DNA from: Mobula hypostoma
Taxonomy: Eukaryota
Assembly (NCBI RefSeq): GCF_963921235.1
Contig: NC_086108.1
Span: forward strand, 186,001-250,000
DNA: 64,000 bases
Reading direction: 5' to 3'
Shown: one piece after another, positions 24,068 through 37,264 of the stretch
Numbering within the stretch: position 1 is the stretch's first letter
How the letters are laid out: every line of letters begins with the position of its first letter
Program-made: the position numbers and the translations under genes
The notes under the pieces: model-generated
What the model was told of the DNA's origin: nothing
Databases searched by the model: none
The model's input: only the letters and a program-made list of their open reading frames with translations

Positions 24068-25582
24068 TGAGAAAATCTGCAGATGTAGAAAATCCAAAGT
24101 AATACCCAGAAAATGCTGAAGGAACTCAGCAGGCCAGGCAACAGCTATGGAAAAGAGTTAACAGTCGTGGAATAGTCCATGTTTCGAACCTAAACGGGCA
24201 TCACTCCACAACTCTTCCTACGCTACAAAGATAACTGCATTGGTCCTGCTTCCAGCACCCATGCCGAGCTCATCAATTTCCTCAACTTTCTCCAATTTCC
24301 ACACTGCCCTCAACTGGCTCATTTCTGACACCTCTCTCCCCTTTCTCGATCTCTGTCTCCATCTTTGGAGACAGTTTATCTACTGATACTCTTCACAAAC
24401 CCACTAACTCTCACAGCTCTCTGGACAAGACGTCTTCCCGCCCTATCACTTGCAAAAATGCCATTCCCTAGCTTCAGTTCCTCCATCTCCACTGCATCTG
24501 CTCCCAGAATGAAGCTTTTCATTCCAGAACAACTGAGATATCCTCCTTCTTCAAAGGAAAGGGCTTCCTTTCCTCCACTATCAACGCAGCCCTCAACCAC
24601 ATTGCACATCACCCTCAACCCTTCCACCTGCCGCCACACGAGGGATAGGGTTCCTCTTGTCCTCACCTATCACCACACAAGCCTCTGCATCCCACATGTA
24701 ACTCTCTGCAACTTCTGCTATCTCCAAAGGGAGCCCACCACCAAGCACATCTTTCCATAGGAATCACTCCCTACACGACTCCCTTGTCCACTCGTCCCTC
24801 CCCACTGATCTCCCTCCTGGCACTTATCCTTGCAAGCAGAACAAGGGCCACACCTGCCCCTACACCTCCTTCCTCACTACCATTCAGGACCTCAAACAGC
24901 CCTTCCACGCCAGGCGACACTTCACCCGTGAGTCTGTTGGGATCACCTATTGTATCTGGTGCTGCCTCCTATATACTGATCAGACCAGACTGGGAGACTT
25001 ATGTCAAGCAGCTTTGCTCCATTTGCCACAAGAAGCGGGATTTTCCAGTGGCCAGCCATTCCAACTCTACTTCCCATTCCAATATGTCAGTCCATGGTGT
25101 CCTGTCACTGTGAGGCCACCCTCAGGTTGGAGGGGCAACAGCTTATTTTTTGTCTGGGTCATCTGCAAGCTGATGGCACAAACATCAATTTCTCAAACTT
25201 CCACTAACTGCCCTCTCCTCCTTTCCATTTGTTTCCTCTCTCACCTCAAATCTCATTACCTGCCCATCACCTCCCACTGGTGCTCCTCCTCCTTCCCTTC
25301 TTCAATGGTTCTCTGTCCTCTCCTGTCAAATACCCCCTACTCCAACCCTTTACCCCTTTCACCAATCAACTTCCCGGCTCTTTACTTTAACCACTCCACC
25401 TCTCCCAGTATCACCTATCACCTCCAACTTGTATCTCTTCCTTCCCTTCCCCCTACCTTCTTTTTCTGACTCCTTCTTCCTTCCGTTCCAGTCGTGAAGG
25501 TTTTCGGCCTGAAACATCGATTGCATACTCTTTTCCGTTAATGCTGTCTGGCCTGCTGAGTTCCTCCAGCATTATGTGTGAT
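24068..25582 (+). mobile_element. Penelope-like element, decayed, with inverted pLTR piece at its 5' end
   Basis: RT C-terminal remnant, RDRVPLVLTYH, GIY-YIG-region remnant, pyrimidine-rich UTR and degenerate hammerhead at ~25489. Confidence 0.8.
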
Positions 25583-25959
25583 GCATCTGTTTACTGCATG
25601 CTGCTTTTGCCATTTAACAAGCTGATGGTTCTGTGTAGCATCTCTATTCAGTTCAGATCACCCAATGCAACTTGTAAAACTTCTTTCTATACTCGCCACT
25701 GAACTGGCATTGGTCCCTAGCTTGATAGTAATGGTCAAAAGCAGTGATAGACCAGGCCTCGAGATTACAGTTTGCAGTTGAATACAATTCTTCTGATATG
25801 GACAATTGCAACCCTTCATGAGCAGCTAGATTTCCTGAGACTATCCCATCAGTACTGAGCTGTAATGTTAGCTGTGGTTACATGGAATTCTGTGAGTACC
25901 TACCAAGTATTTTCAATAAATACTGAAAAGCTCACACATAGCTGTTAGAAACTTCATAC

Positions 25960-26089
25960 CTGATTGAGTCACAGATATAGATTCGTCAGACGAGCTGCAG
26001 GATCCTTGGCGTGACTGTAAACTAGGGCTGGAGTTATTCTTCCTATCAGCTTCATTTGATGCAGGGACACTCACTTCTGAGGAAGCAGA
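25960..26089 (-). CDS. CEP350: CEP350-like internal exon (SASSEVSVPASNEADRKNNSSPSLQSRQGSCSSSDESISVTQS)
   Basis: cccttgtatAG and CAG|GTATG boundaries, 130 nt, phase 0->1, in frame with 22416-22573. End matches recalled human SWSDESLSMTQSE. Confidence 0.8.
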
Positions 26090-26901
26090 CTATACAAGGG
26101 CAAGGGAATGGCAATAGATTAGTTCCCGAGCTGTTAGTATTTTCTGATTTGATAAAATAAAGATTAGATGGGCAGGAAGCTTGCAAAAGTTTAACATCCA
26201 GCAACTTAAATTCTGTACATCTGTCCACTGGATTGCCCCCTCCCTGCCCTTTCAATGCGTCCCATTATATCCTTCCATATATTTCACTAAACTGCTCCAA
26301 CCTATTAGCCCAAACCCTCAAAGTTTAATGTTCATCTCAAACACGTTACCCTTGAAAGAACCACACAAGAAACACCCCCTTGACCAAATTGATCTAAAAA
26401 TAACCCACCAAATCATACCAAATAACACATAAACCTAAAGTAACACTAACATATAGTAAAAGCAGGAATGATACGATAAATACACAGTGTGGCAGCTCGC
26501 CCACGCGGCAAGCGAACCGGCTCCAGCAGTCGCGGGCGAGTCTGCAGCCAGCGGCAACCGAGAGGGCTCTGAGTGCGGGGCAGACCTCGGCCTGAAAGCT
26601 GACCTCACTTCTGCCCTGCAAAGAGCGGGGGATGCTGGGAGCAGGCACTTAAGCGTGCGCAGTTTGAAACAGTAAACAGTTCAACCAGACCATGCTCGAC
26701 TCAGTGTGTTGCTTTCACTCGTTGCATATCACCGCGACCACAACAGCCTATATAAAGTAGAAATAATATATGTACAGCAGTGGTCCCCAACCTCCGGGCC
26801 GCGGACTGATACCGATCCGTGAAGCATGCAGTGGTGCAGCGGTAGCCAGGACACACCCAGCACATTTTTTTAAAAAGGCTGAAATAAACAAGCTAATTAA
26901 T

Positions 26902-29900
26902 GCTGAGCTCGCTGCATTGGCACTGCTTCCTGCATGCATGCTAAGCTCATTGACTTCATTAACTTTGCCTCCAACTTTCACCCTGCCCTCAAGTTTATCT
27001 TTATACTTCATACTTTATACTTCATTGTCGCCAAACAATTGGTACTAGAATGTACAATCATCACAGCGATATTTGATTTTGTGCTTCACACTCCCTGATT
27101 ACAAATATTAAATATTAAAGATATTAAAAACAGTTAAAAATAGTAAACATTAAAAATTTAAATTTTACATCATACATAAAAAATAGAAAAATGGGAAGTA
27201 AGGTAGTGCAAAAAAACTGAGAGGCAGGTCCGGATATTTGTAGGGTACGGCCCAGATCTGGGTCAGGATCCGTTCAGCAGTCTTATCACAGTTGGAAAGA
27301 AGCTGTTCCCAAATCTGGCCGTACGAGTCTTCAAGCTCCTGAACCTTCTCCCGGAGGGAAGAGGGATGAAAAGTCTGTTGGCTGGGTGGGTCGTGTCCTT
27401 GATTATCCTGACAGCACTGCTCCGACAGCGTGTGGTGTAAAGTGAGTCCACAGACGGAAGATTGGTTTGTGTGATGTGCTGCGCCGTGTTCACGATCTTC
27501 TGCAGCTTCTTTCGATCTTGGACAGGACAACTTCCATACCAGGTTGTGATGCACCCGAGAAGAATGCTTTCTATGGTGCATCTATAAAAAATAGTGAGGG
27601 TTTTAGGGGACAGGCCAAATTTCTTTAGTTTTCTCAGGAAGTAAAGGTGCTGGTGGGCCTTCTTGGCAGTGAACTCTACTTGGTTGGACCAAGACAGGTC
27701 ATTTGTGATATTGACCCCAAGGAACTTAAAGCTTTTGACCTGTTCCACTTGCGCACCACCGATGTAAATTGGGTTATGCGGTCCGCTACTCCTTCTGAAG
27801 TCAGCAACCAATTCCTTCGTCTTGCTGACGTTGAGGGATAGGTTATTGTCTTCGCACCATGCCACCAGGTTCTTAATTTCCTCTCTGTACTCAAACTCAT
27901 CATTACCCGAGATATGGCCAACAATTGTTGTGTCATCAGCAAACTTATATATTGAGTTTGATGGAAACTTGGCTGCACAATCATGGGTATACAGTGAGTA
28001 GAGCAGGGGGCTGAGTACACAGCCTTGTGGGGCATCGGTGCTCAGAGTGATTGTAGAGGAGAGCTTGTCCCCTATTTTTACAGCCTGGGTCCTGTTTGTG
28101 AGGAAGTTGAAGATCCAGCTGCAGATCTGAGTGCTAAGGCCCAGGTTCCAGGAATCAGTTTATTTGGAATGATGGTATTAAAGGCAGAGCTGTTGTCAAT
28201 GAAAAGGAGCCTTACATATGCGTCTTTATTCTCCAGGTGTTCTAAGGAGGAATGTAGGGCCAGAGAGATGGCATTTGCCGTTGACCTGTTGCTCTGGTAG
28301 GCGAATTGCAAAGCATCGAGGTTGACCGGTAGGCTGTGGTTGATGTGTGCCAAAACCAATCTCTCGAAGCACTTCATATCAATTGATGTCAGAGCCACAG
28401 GTCGATAGTCGTTCAGGCATGCCACCTTCCTCTTCTTCGGCACTGGGATTATCGTTGCCTTCTTCAAACACGAGGAGATCTTAGACTGAAGGAAGAAGCA
28501 GTTGAAGATGTCAGCAAACACTCCAGCTAGCTCCCTTGCACAGGCCCAGAGAACCCGTCCTGGGACGCCATCTGGGCCCGTCGCCTTCCTTGGATTTATC
28601 TTCAGGAAGGCCCTTCTAACGTCCTCCTCGGTGACGATGAATCTCGATTCCACCAGGTCTGGTTCATCCGGAGGGAGCGGGATGCTCCTCTTCTGTTCGA
28701 ATATTGCGTAGAATACGTTAAGTTTGTCAGGAAGAGAAGCGCCACAGTTATTGATATTCCCAACCTTTTCTTTGCACCCAGTGATCTCATTCAGACCCTG
28801 TCATAGTCTACTGGCATCCCTTTGGTTAGCCTGGGCTTCCAACTTGGCCCAATATTGCCTCTTGGCGCCCTTAATGGCTTTCCGGAGTTCACACCTGGAT
28901 TCTGTGTAGTGACTGGTAACCCCGGACCTAAAAGCCGCAGCTCTAGCCTTTAAAAGTGACGACCTCATAATTCATCCAAGATTTCTGGTTAGGGGATACC
29001 CGGATCGCCTTGCGAGACACACAGTCCTCCGTGCACTTCCAAATAAAGTCCGTGACAGCTGAGGCATACTCATCGAGGTTAGCTCCGAGTCCTTGAATAC
29101 TAACCTTGAATACCTGGTCCATTTCCGACACCTCCCTCCCTTTTCTAGATTTTTCTGTCTCTATCTCTGAAGACAGCTTATCTACTGATGCCTACTATAA
29201 GCCTACGGACTCTCACAGCTATCTGGACTCTTCCTCTTCTCACCCTGTCTCTTGAAAAAATGCCATCCCCTTCTCGCAATTCCTCCATCTCCGCCGTGTC
29301 TGCTCTCAGGATGAGGCTTTTCATTCCAGGACAAAGGAGATGTCCTCCTTTTTTAAAGAAAGGGGCTTCCCTTCCTCCACTATCAACTCTGCTCTCAAAC
29401 GCATCTTCCCCATTTCATGCACATCTGCTCTCACTCCATCCTCCCACCACTCCACTAGGGATAGGGTTCCCTTTGTCTTCACCTACCACCCCACCAGCCT
29501 CCAGGTCCAACAAATAATTCTCCGTAACTTCCGCCACCTCCAATGGGATCCCACTAATAAACACATCTTTCCCTCTCCCCACTCTGCTTTCCGCAGGGAT
29601 CGCTCCCTACGTGACTCCCTTGTCCATTCGTTCCCCCCATCCCACCCCACCGATCTCCCTCCCGGCACTTATCCTTGTAAGCGGACCAAGTGCTGCACAT
29701 GCCTTACACTTCCTCCCTTACCACCGTTCAGAGCCCCAGACAGTCCTTCCCGGTGAGGTGACACTTCACCTGTGAGTCGGCTGGGGTGATATACTGCGTC
29801 TGATGCTCCCGATGTGGCCTTCTATATATTGGCGAGACCCGACGCAGACTGGGAGATCGTTTCGCTGAACACCTACGCTCTGTCCACCAGAGAAAGCAGG

Positions 29901-30402
29901 ATCTCCCAGTGGCCACACATTTTAATTCCACATCCCATTCCCATTCCGATATGTCTATCCATGGCCTCCTCTACTGTAAAGATGAAGCCACACTCAGGTT
30001 GGAGGAACAACACCTTATATTCCGTCTGGATAGCCTCCAACCTGATGGCTTGAACATTGATTTCTCTAACTTCTGTTAATGCCCCACCTCCCCCTCGTAC
30101 CCCATCCATTATTGCCCATCCTCTCGGCTTCCCCCCTCCCCCTTTCTTTCTCCCTTGGCCTCCTGTCCCATGATCCTCTCATATCCCTTTTGCCAATCAG
30201 CTGTCCAGCTCTTGGCTCCATCCCTCCTCCTCCTGTCGTCTCCTATCATTTCGGATCTCCCCTTCCCCCTCCCACTTTCAAATCTCTTACTAGCTCTTCC
30301 TACAGTTTGTCCTGATGAAGGGTCTCGGCCCGAAACATCGACTGTACCTCTTCCTATAGATGCTGCCTGGCCTGCTGTGTACACAGCAACTTTTATGTGT
30401 GT
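26902..30402 (+). mobile_element. Penelope-like element (RT end + GIY-YIG + pLTR), interrupted by Rex1/Babar
   Basis: FINFASNFHPALKF (to 26997) resumes as TWSISDTSLPFLD at 29112. GVIYC..C..LYIGETRRRLGDRFAEH. Hammerhead motif at ~30308-30345. Inserted at TAATTAAT. Confidence 0.88.
26998..29110 (-). mobile_element. Rex1/Babar LINE, 5'-truncated
   Basis: KATGPDG, DYRPVALTS, SSAFNTI, FADD and [22 protein letters not shown]; short-repeat tail. Confidence 0.92.
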
Positions 30403-31353
30403 TAATTAATTAGGTGCTGATTGCATCGTCTCTGATCTGGGCTGACATTTATGTGCTGGGCGGCACCTAATGAATTAGCTTGTTTATTTCGGCTTTTTTC
30501 TGGGTGCGTTCTGGCTACTGCTGCACCCCTGCATGCTTCGCTGATTGATACCGGTCCGCGGCCCGGGGGTTGGGGACCACTGATGTACAGCATAGTTTCA
30601 CTTAGCAGAGTCAAGAAGACAGCCAGCACACTGGAAGGTTCACACGTCTTTCTATCATACAATTCTTTGTAAGCACTCAAAACATCCTGCAAACCTGCCC
30701 TGAACCTACGTGCCCTTTCAAAGTTAAAGTCATACTTTTCTGCAATCATTGTAGCATTGTCAATTGTAGCGAAAATCTCACGCAATTCAAAGCTATGACG
30801 GCTTAATGCTGAGATACTGAGTGTAGTTCCCGGGGAAGAAGCTTGGCTTTTCACCACTCTTGCAGCTCGGGGTACGCGCTGCCTCTATAACGGCTCGCTT
30901 CACAACAAACGCTGAACGCTATTTCGCTTTTCGCTGCTCAGGGTGCGCGCTGCCTCTATAACAGCTCGCTTCACAACAAACGCTGAACAGTATTTTCGCC
31001 ACTCTTGCTGCTCGGGGTGCATGCTGCATTTTTTTGTAACAGTGAAAACACCTTCTTGTCAGCGAAAACAGGTAACTAATGTAGGTCTTTTGTAACAGCG
31101 AGGTGTCGTAAAGTGAACTTTCGAAAAACGGGGGCCACCTGTACACTGAACACTTGCTGACAAGTTCGGAATTACCTGAGGTCTTTCCTCTTCATCCTGC
31201 CTGAGCAAGCATCTGCTCCATCCCAACCTCATTTGTTCGGGAGTTATCACCTCTTTAGCTCTCCAGTATTTCCTAGCTGAAGACTGAGACACAACAGTTT
31301 GTGCTTCTTATCTGATATCAATACCAAAATATTTCTCATGGTTTCTGATTTAA

Positions 31354-31433
31354 AGCCACTGTGATGTCATCAGCCACTGTGATGTCATCAGCCACTGTGA
31401 TGACATCAGCCACTGTGATGACATCAGCCACTG
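31354..31433. repeat. 18-bp minisatellite, 4.4 copies (AGCCACTGTGATG(T/A)CATC)
   Basis: Read directly from the sequence. Confidence 0.9.
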
Positions 31434-31939
31434 ATTAAAACTAATTAAAACATTCAATCTGATAAAATGAAGCTATCCCAAATATTTGAAACATTTCATT
31501 ATTTGCACCTTCCCATCATTGATTATAATCAGTGGCCACAAATTTCAGTTGGGCTGGGTCTTGTGATTTATTTAATGGAACAGTTATGTATGACAGACTT
31601 TTTGTTCCAATGTACACAGTAAAGAAAATGACACAGAATGACATTCATGATCCCAGTACATTAATATTCACCTCTTTGGGCAAGTTAGGATTTAAAAAAA
31701 GAAATCACTCGAAATTGTTCCCTGAGGCAAAAAAAGGGGAAAGTTGACAGTTGTCCATACAATTGGCTTTAATTGATTCCTAATCTAAATTACCTTACCA
31801 CCAATGGTTAGTCAAATAACCGCACACCTCCTCCCTTGCGGGAAGCAAAGAATCTTTAAAATATAGAAATGGTCTTTGAGAAAAACAAATCCTGGCACTG
31901 CTAGGAGAATTGCCAATTGAAGAAAACTCAATTCTACCG

Positions 31940-32766
31940 TTGACTTGTTTCCAAAATGCAGCAGGCTTGTTTAGATGTTCCTTTTCAAACTTCTGATGCT
32001 GAAATTTGTGGTGAGAATGCAGGAAAAGTTTTCTTCTGATGACTCTTCCATGAAGGTCATATTTGTTCAGAGTCGCTGCACAGTAGAACAGTGCACCACC
32101 ACTCCAGAGTCTGCTAAATCTTCCTGAAGGTCTTTTGCAGTCAAACAGGGGTTTTGATTTGCCTTTCTAGCAATCCTACAAGTAACTCTCTTGGAAAGTT
32201 TTCTTGGTCTTACAGACCTCAACTGGACCTCCACCGTTCCTGCTGACTGCCATTTCTTAATTACGTTATGAACTGAGGAAACGACTATCTGAAAATGCTT
32301 TGCTATCATCTTATAGCCTTCTCCTGATCTGCGGGCATCATTTATTTTAATTTTCAGAGTGCTAGGCAGCTGCTTAGAGGAGCCCATGGCTGCTGATTGT
32401 TGGGACAAGGTTTGAGGAGTCAGGGTATTTATAAAGCTTTGTAATTTCCATCACCTGGCCTTTCCTAATGATGACTGTGAACAAGTCATAACCCTAACAA
32501 GCTAATTAAGGTCTGAAACCTTGGTAAAAGTTATCTGAGAGCTCAAATCTTTTGGGGTGCCTAAACTTTTCAATGGTGCTCCTTTCCTTTTTTCACTCTA
32601 AAATTGTACAAAACCAAAATAATACACTAATCTTGCTCAAAACATTGAAAAGAATGTGTCATCTTCAACTTTATGATTTTTGAAGATCAGTTCATCTTCT
32701 ACTCACTTAACTATTCACAGTAACAGAAATTTTGACCAGGGGTGCCCAAACGTTTTCCTTCCACTG
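31940..32766 (-). mobile_element. Tc1-like transposon 5' half
   Basis: TA|CAGTGGAAGGAAAACGTTTGGGCACCC terminus; paired-like N-terminus GEGYKMIAKHFQI..VRPRKLS..NPCLTAKDLQ. Confidence 0.88.
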
Positions 32767-32987
32767 TATGTCAATTTAGGCAGCTGCAAGTATCATGATG
32801 TTTACTTCTGCATAGACTGCAAGTAAACGTTATTTTTTTTTCAATAATATTACTGGTATTGTGAAAATGGTATTCTTCACCATCCACTTCAAGGTTCGAC
32901 ATGTGTGTTTAGAGATGCTCTTCTGCACACCACTGTTGTAACGTGAGGTGATTTGAGTTACTGTCACCTTCCTGTCAGCTTGAACCA

Positions 32988-33660
32988 GTCAGTTGTCGTT
33001 TTGGGCCAAGATGCTTCATCAGGACTAGAAAAAAAAAGATGAGATCAGAGTAAGAAGGCGGGTGAAGATGTACAAGGTTGTGGGTGATAGGTGAAACCAT
33101 GAGATGGGGAGTGGTGAGGTAAAGATCTGAGAAATTGGTGAAAGAGATAAAGGGCTGGAGAAGGGGGAATCTGATAGGAGAGGACAGAAGGCCATGGAAG
33201 AAGGGGAAGGGGGGAAGAGCACCAGAGGGAGGTGATGGGCAGGTAAGGAGATAATGTGAGGGAGCAAAATGGGAATGGGGAATGTTGAAGTGGGGGGGGG
33301 GGGTGGTCATTACCAGAAGCAGGAGAAATTGATGTTGATGCCATCAGGTTGGAGGCTACCCAGATGGAATAAGGAGTTGTTCCTCCAACCCAAGTGTGGC
33401 CTCATAGCGGCAGTAGAGAAGGCCATGGACCGACATGTTGGAATGGGAATGGGAAATAGAATTAAAATTGGTGGCCACCAGTTGAAGTGCCACACCTGCC
33501 CCTGGATCTCCTCCCTCACTACCATTCGGGGCCCAAACAGTCCTTCCAGGTGAGGCGACATTTCACCTGTGAGACCCGGCCCAGATTGGGTGACCACTTC
33601 GACGAGCACCTACAGTCCATCCAGCAGAAGACAACAGGACCTCTCGGTGGCCACCAATTG
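32988..33660 (-). mobile_element. Penelope 3' fragment with internal inversion
   Basis: Minus-strand pLTR with degenerate hammerhead (~32990-33027); plus-strand PLE piece at 33485-33655. Confidence 0.75.
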
Positions 33661-36405
33661 ACCTAGATGAGGAAGTGGAGGGCTAGGTTAGTAAATTTGC
33701 GGATGACACAATGATTGGCAGGGTTGTGGACAGTGTGAATAGCGGGACATTGATAGGATGCAAAACTGAGCTGAGTAGTGATAGATGAAATTCAACGCAG
33801 ATAAGTGAGAGGTGGTTCATTTTGGTAGGTCAAATATGACGACAGAATATAGTATGAATGGTAAGGCTCTTAGCAATATGGTGACCTTTTATCCAATATT
33901 TTCATTTAATTGTTTATTAGTCTTTCAGTCTTTATTTCAAAGTTTTAGATTTGATCAGAAAGCCTTTCTTTCTTTTTTGATCGTATCCTCAAAATGGAAT
34001 GCCCAGACTTTTTTTTTTGTTTTGTTTTTTTTTAGTGTAGTGGGTTTTTTTTCCTTTTCATTTAAAACCCAATGTTTTTTCCTTTCTCTTCATAAACTGC
34101 TAAGAGAATTGTTATTTTCATTTTTTTGTTATATATTTTATACTAGTTTAACAATATCTATGATCTTGACAATGTCTATCTTAACCTTGGATTATATTGT
34201 TACTGATATATATATTTGAATGAATTCTCCTCTTGATTGTATTTATGCTTTTTTTAAATCAATAAAAAGATTAATGAAGAAAAAGACTCTTGACAGTGTG
34301 GGGGATCAGAGGGATCTTGGGGTCCAAGTCCATAGGACGCTCAAAGCTGCTGTGCAGGTTGGCTCTGTGGTTAAGAAAGCATACAGTGTATTGACCTTCA
34401 TCAACCGTGGGATTGAGTTTAGAGCCAAGGGGTAATGTTGCAGCTGTATAGGACCCTGGTCAGACCCCACTTGGAGTACTCTGCTCAGTTCTGGTCGCCT
34501 CGCTATCGGAAGGATGTGGAAAGCATAGAAAGGGTGCAGAGGAGATTTACAAGGATGTTGCCTGGATTGGGGAGCATGCCTTATGAGAATAGGTTGAGTG
34601 AACTCGGCCTTTTTTTCTTGGAGCGACGGAGGATGAGAAGTGACCTGATAGAGGTGTATAAGATGATGAGAAGCATTAATTGTTTGGATAGTCAGAAGCT
34701 TTTTCCCAGCTAGCACGAGAGGGCACAGTTTTAAGGTGCTTGGAAGTAGGTACAGAGGAGATGTCAGGGCTAAGTTTTTTATGCAGAGAGTGGTGACTGC
34801 GTGGAATGGGCTGCTGGCGATGGTGGTGGAGGTGTTCTAAGAGTAAACCTAAGAGTAAATTGCTAGGTTCTAAGAGTAAACCTGAGAGTAAATTGCTAGG
34901 TTCTAAGAGTAAACCTAGCAATTGTCGGCCTATAAGTTTGACGTCAGTGGTGGGTAAATTAATGGAAAGTATTCTTAGAGATGGTATATATAATTATCTG
35001 GATAGACAGGGTCTGTTTAGGAACAGTCAACATGGATTGCTGCGTGGAAGGTCATGTTTGACGAATCTTATTGAATTTTTTGAAGAGGTTACTTGGAAAA
35101 TTGACAAGGGTAAAGTGGTGGATGTTGTCTATATGGACTTCCGTAAGGCCTTTGACAAAGTTCCACACGGAAGGTTAGTTAGGAAGGTTCAATCGTTAGG
35201 TATTAATATTGAAGTAGTAAAATGGACTTAACAGTGGCTGGATGGGAGATGCCAGAGAATAGTGGTGGATAACTGTTTGTCAGGTTGGAGGCCGGCGACT
35301 AGTGGCGTGCCTCAGGGATCTGTACTGGGTCCAATATTGTTTGTCATATACATTAATGATCTGGATGATGGAGTGGTAAATTGGATTAGTAAGTATGCAG
35401 ATGATACTAAGATAGGTGGCATTGTGGATAATGAAGTGGATTTTCAAAGCTTGCAGAGAATTTGGGCCAGTTAGAAGAGTGGGCTGAAAGATGGCAGATG
35501 GAGTTTAATGCTGATAAGTGTGAGGTGCTACATTTTGGTAGGACTAATCAAAGTAGGACATACATGGTAAATGGTAGGGCATTGAGGAATGCAGTAGAAC
35601 AGTGTAGTCTAGGAATAATAGTGCATAGTTCCCTGAAGGTGGAATCTCATGTGGATAGGATGGTGAAGAAAGCTTCTGGTATGCTGGCCTTTATAAATCC
35701 TAGCATTGAGTATAGGAGTTGGGATGTAATGTTAAAATTGTACAAGGCATTGGTGAGGCCAAATTTGGAGTATTGTGTACAGTTCTGGTCACTGAATTAT
35801 AGGAAGGATGTCAACAAAATAGAGAGAGTACAGAGGAGATTTACTAGAATGTTACCTGGGTTTCAGCACCTAAGTTACAGAGAAAGGTTGAACAAGTTAG
35901 GTCTTTATTGTTTGGAGCGTAGAAGGTTGAGGGGGGACTTGATAGAGGTATTTAAAACTATGAGTTGACGTGGATTGGCTTTTTCCATTGAGAGTAGGGG
36001 AGATTCAAACAAGAGGACATGAGTTGAGAGTTAAGGGGCAAAAGTTTAGGGGTAACTCGAGTGGGAACTTCTTTTCTCAGGGAGTGGTAGCTGTGTGGAA
36101 CGAGCTTCCAGTAGAAGTGGTAGAGGCAGGTACGATTTTGTCATTAAAAAAAAAATTCGATAGGTATATGGATAGGAAAGGAATGGAAGGTTATGGGCTA
36201 AGTGCAGGAAGATGGGACTAGGTGAGAGAAAGCGTTCGGCACGGACAAGAAGGGCCAAGATGGCCTGTTTCCGTGCTGCAATTGTTATATGGTTTTATGG
36301 AAAGCAGGAGATTACAGCTGAAAGGAAAAATGGATCAGCCATGATGAAATGGCAGAACAGACTTGACGGGCCAAATGGCCTAATTCTGATCTGCATCTTC
36401 TGGTC
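33661..36405 (+). mobile_element. CR1 fragment containing an L1/Tx1-like tail (33876-34283) and a second CR1 (34835-36300)
   Basis: RPHLEY, RPISLTS, DFRKAFDKVPH, SGVPQGSVLGP and YADD motifs; the outer element resumes after each insert. Confidence 0.85.
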
Positions 36406-36746
36406 TTAACCACATTCTCTACCGCTCCTTTATAATCCCTCCCCAATCCTATCGCCCTCTTTCTAATCCCACACCACTTCCCCACTACCCACAACACAAT
36501 TGTGTCGCGTTCTGGTTGCCTCATGATTGGAAAGGTGCAGAGGAGGTTTGTAAGTGTAACTTTGCTGGATCAAATAACGACAGTACAAAAAGATCGTTAC
36601 TTATCTTTCTACCCGTTTATTTCTTCGAGCTCAGCCGGCAAGTGAATTTGGACCCGACATCAGGGAGAGAACCTTTCTGACCTCCCCGTCAGTTCAGCAA
36701 ATTCTCTGCCTGATTTCAGAATTGTCAGAAGTTATAAGGCCACCCA

Positions 36747-36944
36747 TACAAAAGAACAATCAATTTGATAAGCATTCCAGCCAAGTCGATGGACTATTGA
36801 TACAAAGAACAATCAGCTTGATAACCATTCCGGCTAAGTCGATGGACTACTGATACCAATGAACAATCAGTTTCATAACTATTCTGGCCAAGTCAATGGA
36901 CTATTGATACAAATAGACAATCAATTTGATAGACTCTCCAGCCA
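36747..36944. repeat. ~54-bp tandem repeat, 3.7 copies, possibly inside a solo LTR (~36555-37001)
   Basis: ATACAAAGAACAATCA..TTGATAA..ATTCC.GCCAAGTC.ATGGACTA.TG repeated. The surrounding segment begins TGTAA and ends TTACA; no TSD found. Confidence 0.7.
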
Positions 36945-37264
36945 CCTTAATTAAAGTAAGGAATGTCCTACCTGGTTTGCTGGAGCCACAACATAATTAC
37001 AAAGATAAGTCAAATTTGTGTTTTAATTAAGAAAGGAATGTTCTGTCTAATTTCCATCAGGTACTGCTTTTTGTCAAAATCAAAAGGTGTGAAAAGCCCA
37101 GAGACATCTTATGTGGATCTGGGTGAACGTTAACCCTTACCTTGCTCCAAAGAAAGCAGCTGTGAGACATTATTCAAACACACTGCAGTCACAGATATAG
37201 TCAGTACCGAATCCATTGTTTACAGGGATCTGAGAATCCCCCATTCCCTTAAACTTTATCAGGT

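Larger units (their letters stand above)
26778..30582. mobile_element. hAT (Charlie-like) MITE split by later insertions
   Basis: TIR CAGTGGTCCCCAACC / GGTTGGGGACCACTG; perfect 8-bp TSD ATGTACAG (26770-26777 and 30583-30590). Confidence 0.88.
26395..31141 (-). mobile_element. Second Tigger/pogo-like element hosting nested insertions
   Basis: TIR CAGGTGGCCCCCGTTTTTCGAAAG at 31141 (TA-flanked); AEKYDFNFERARRFRAGLQDVLSAYKELYD. 26395-26770 is the reverse complement of the 3' part of the 14832-16408 copy. Confidence 0.8.
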
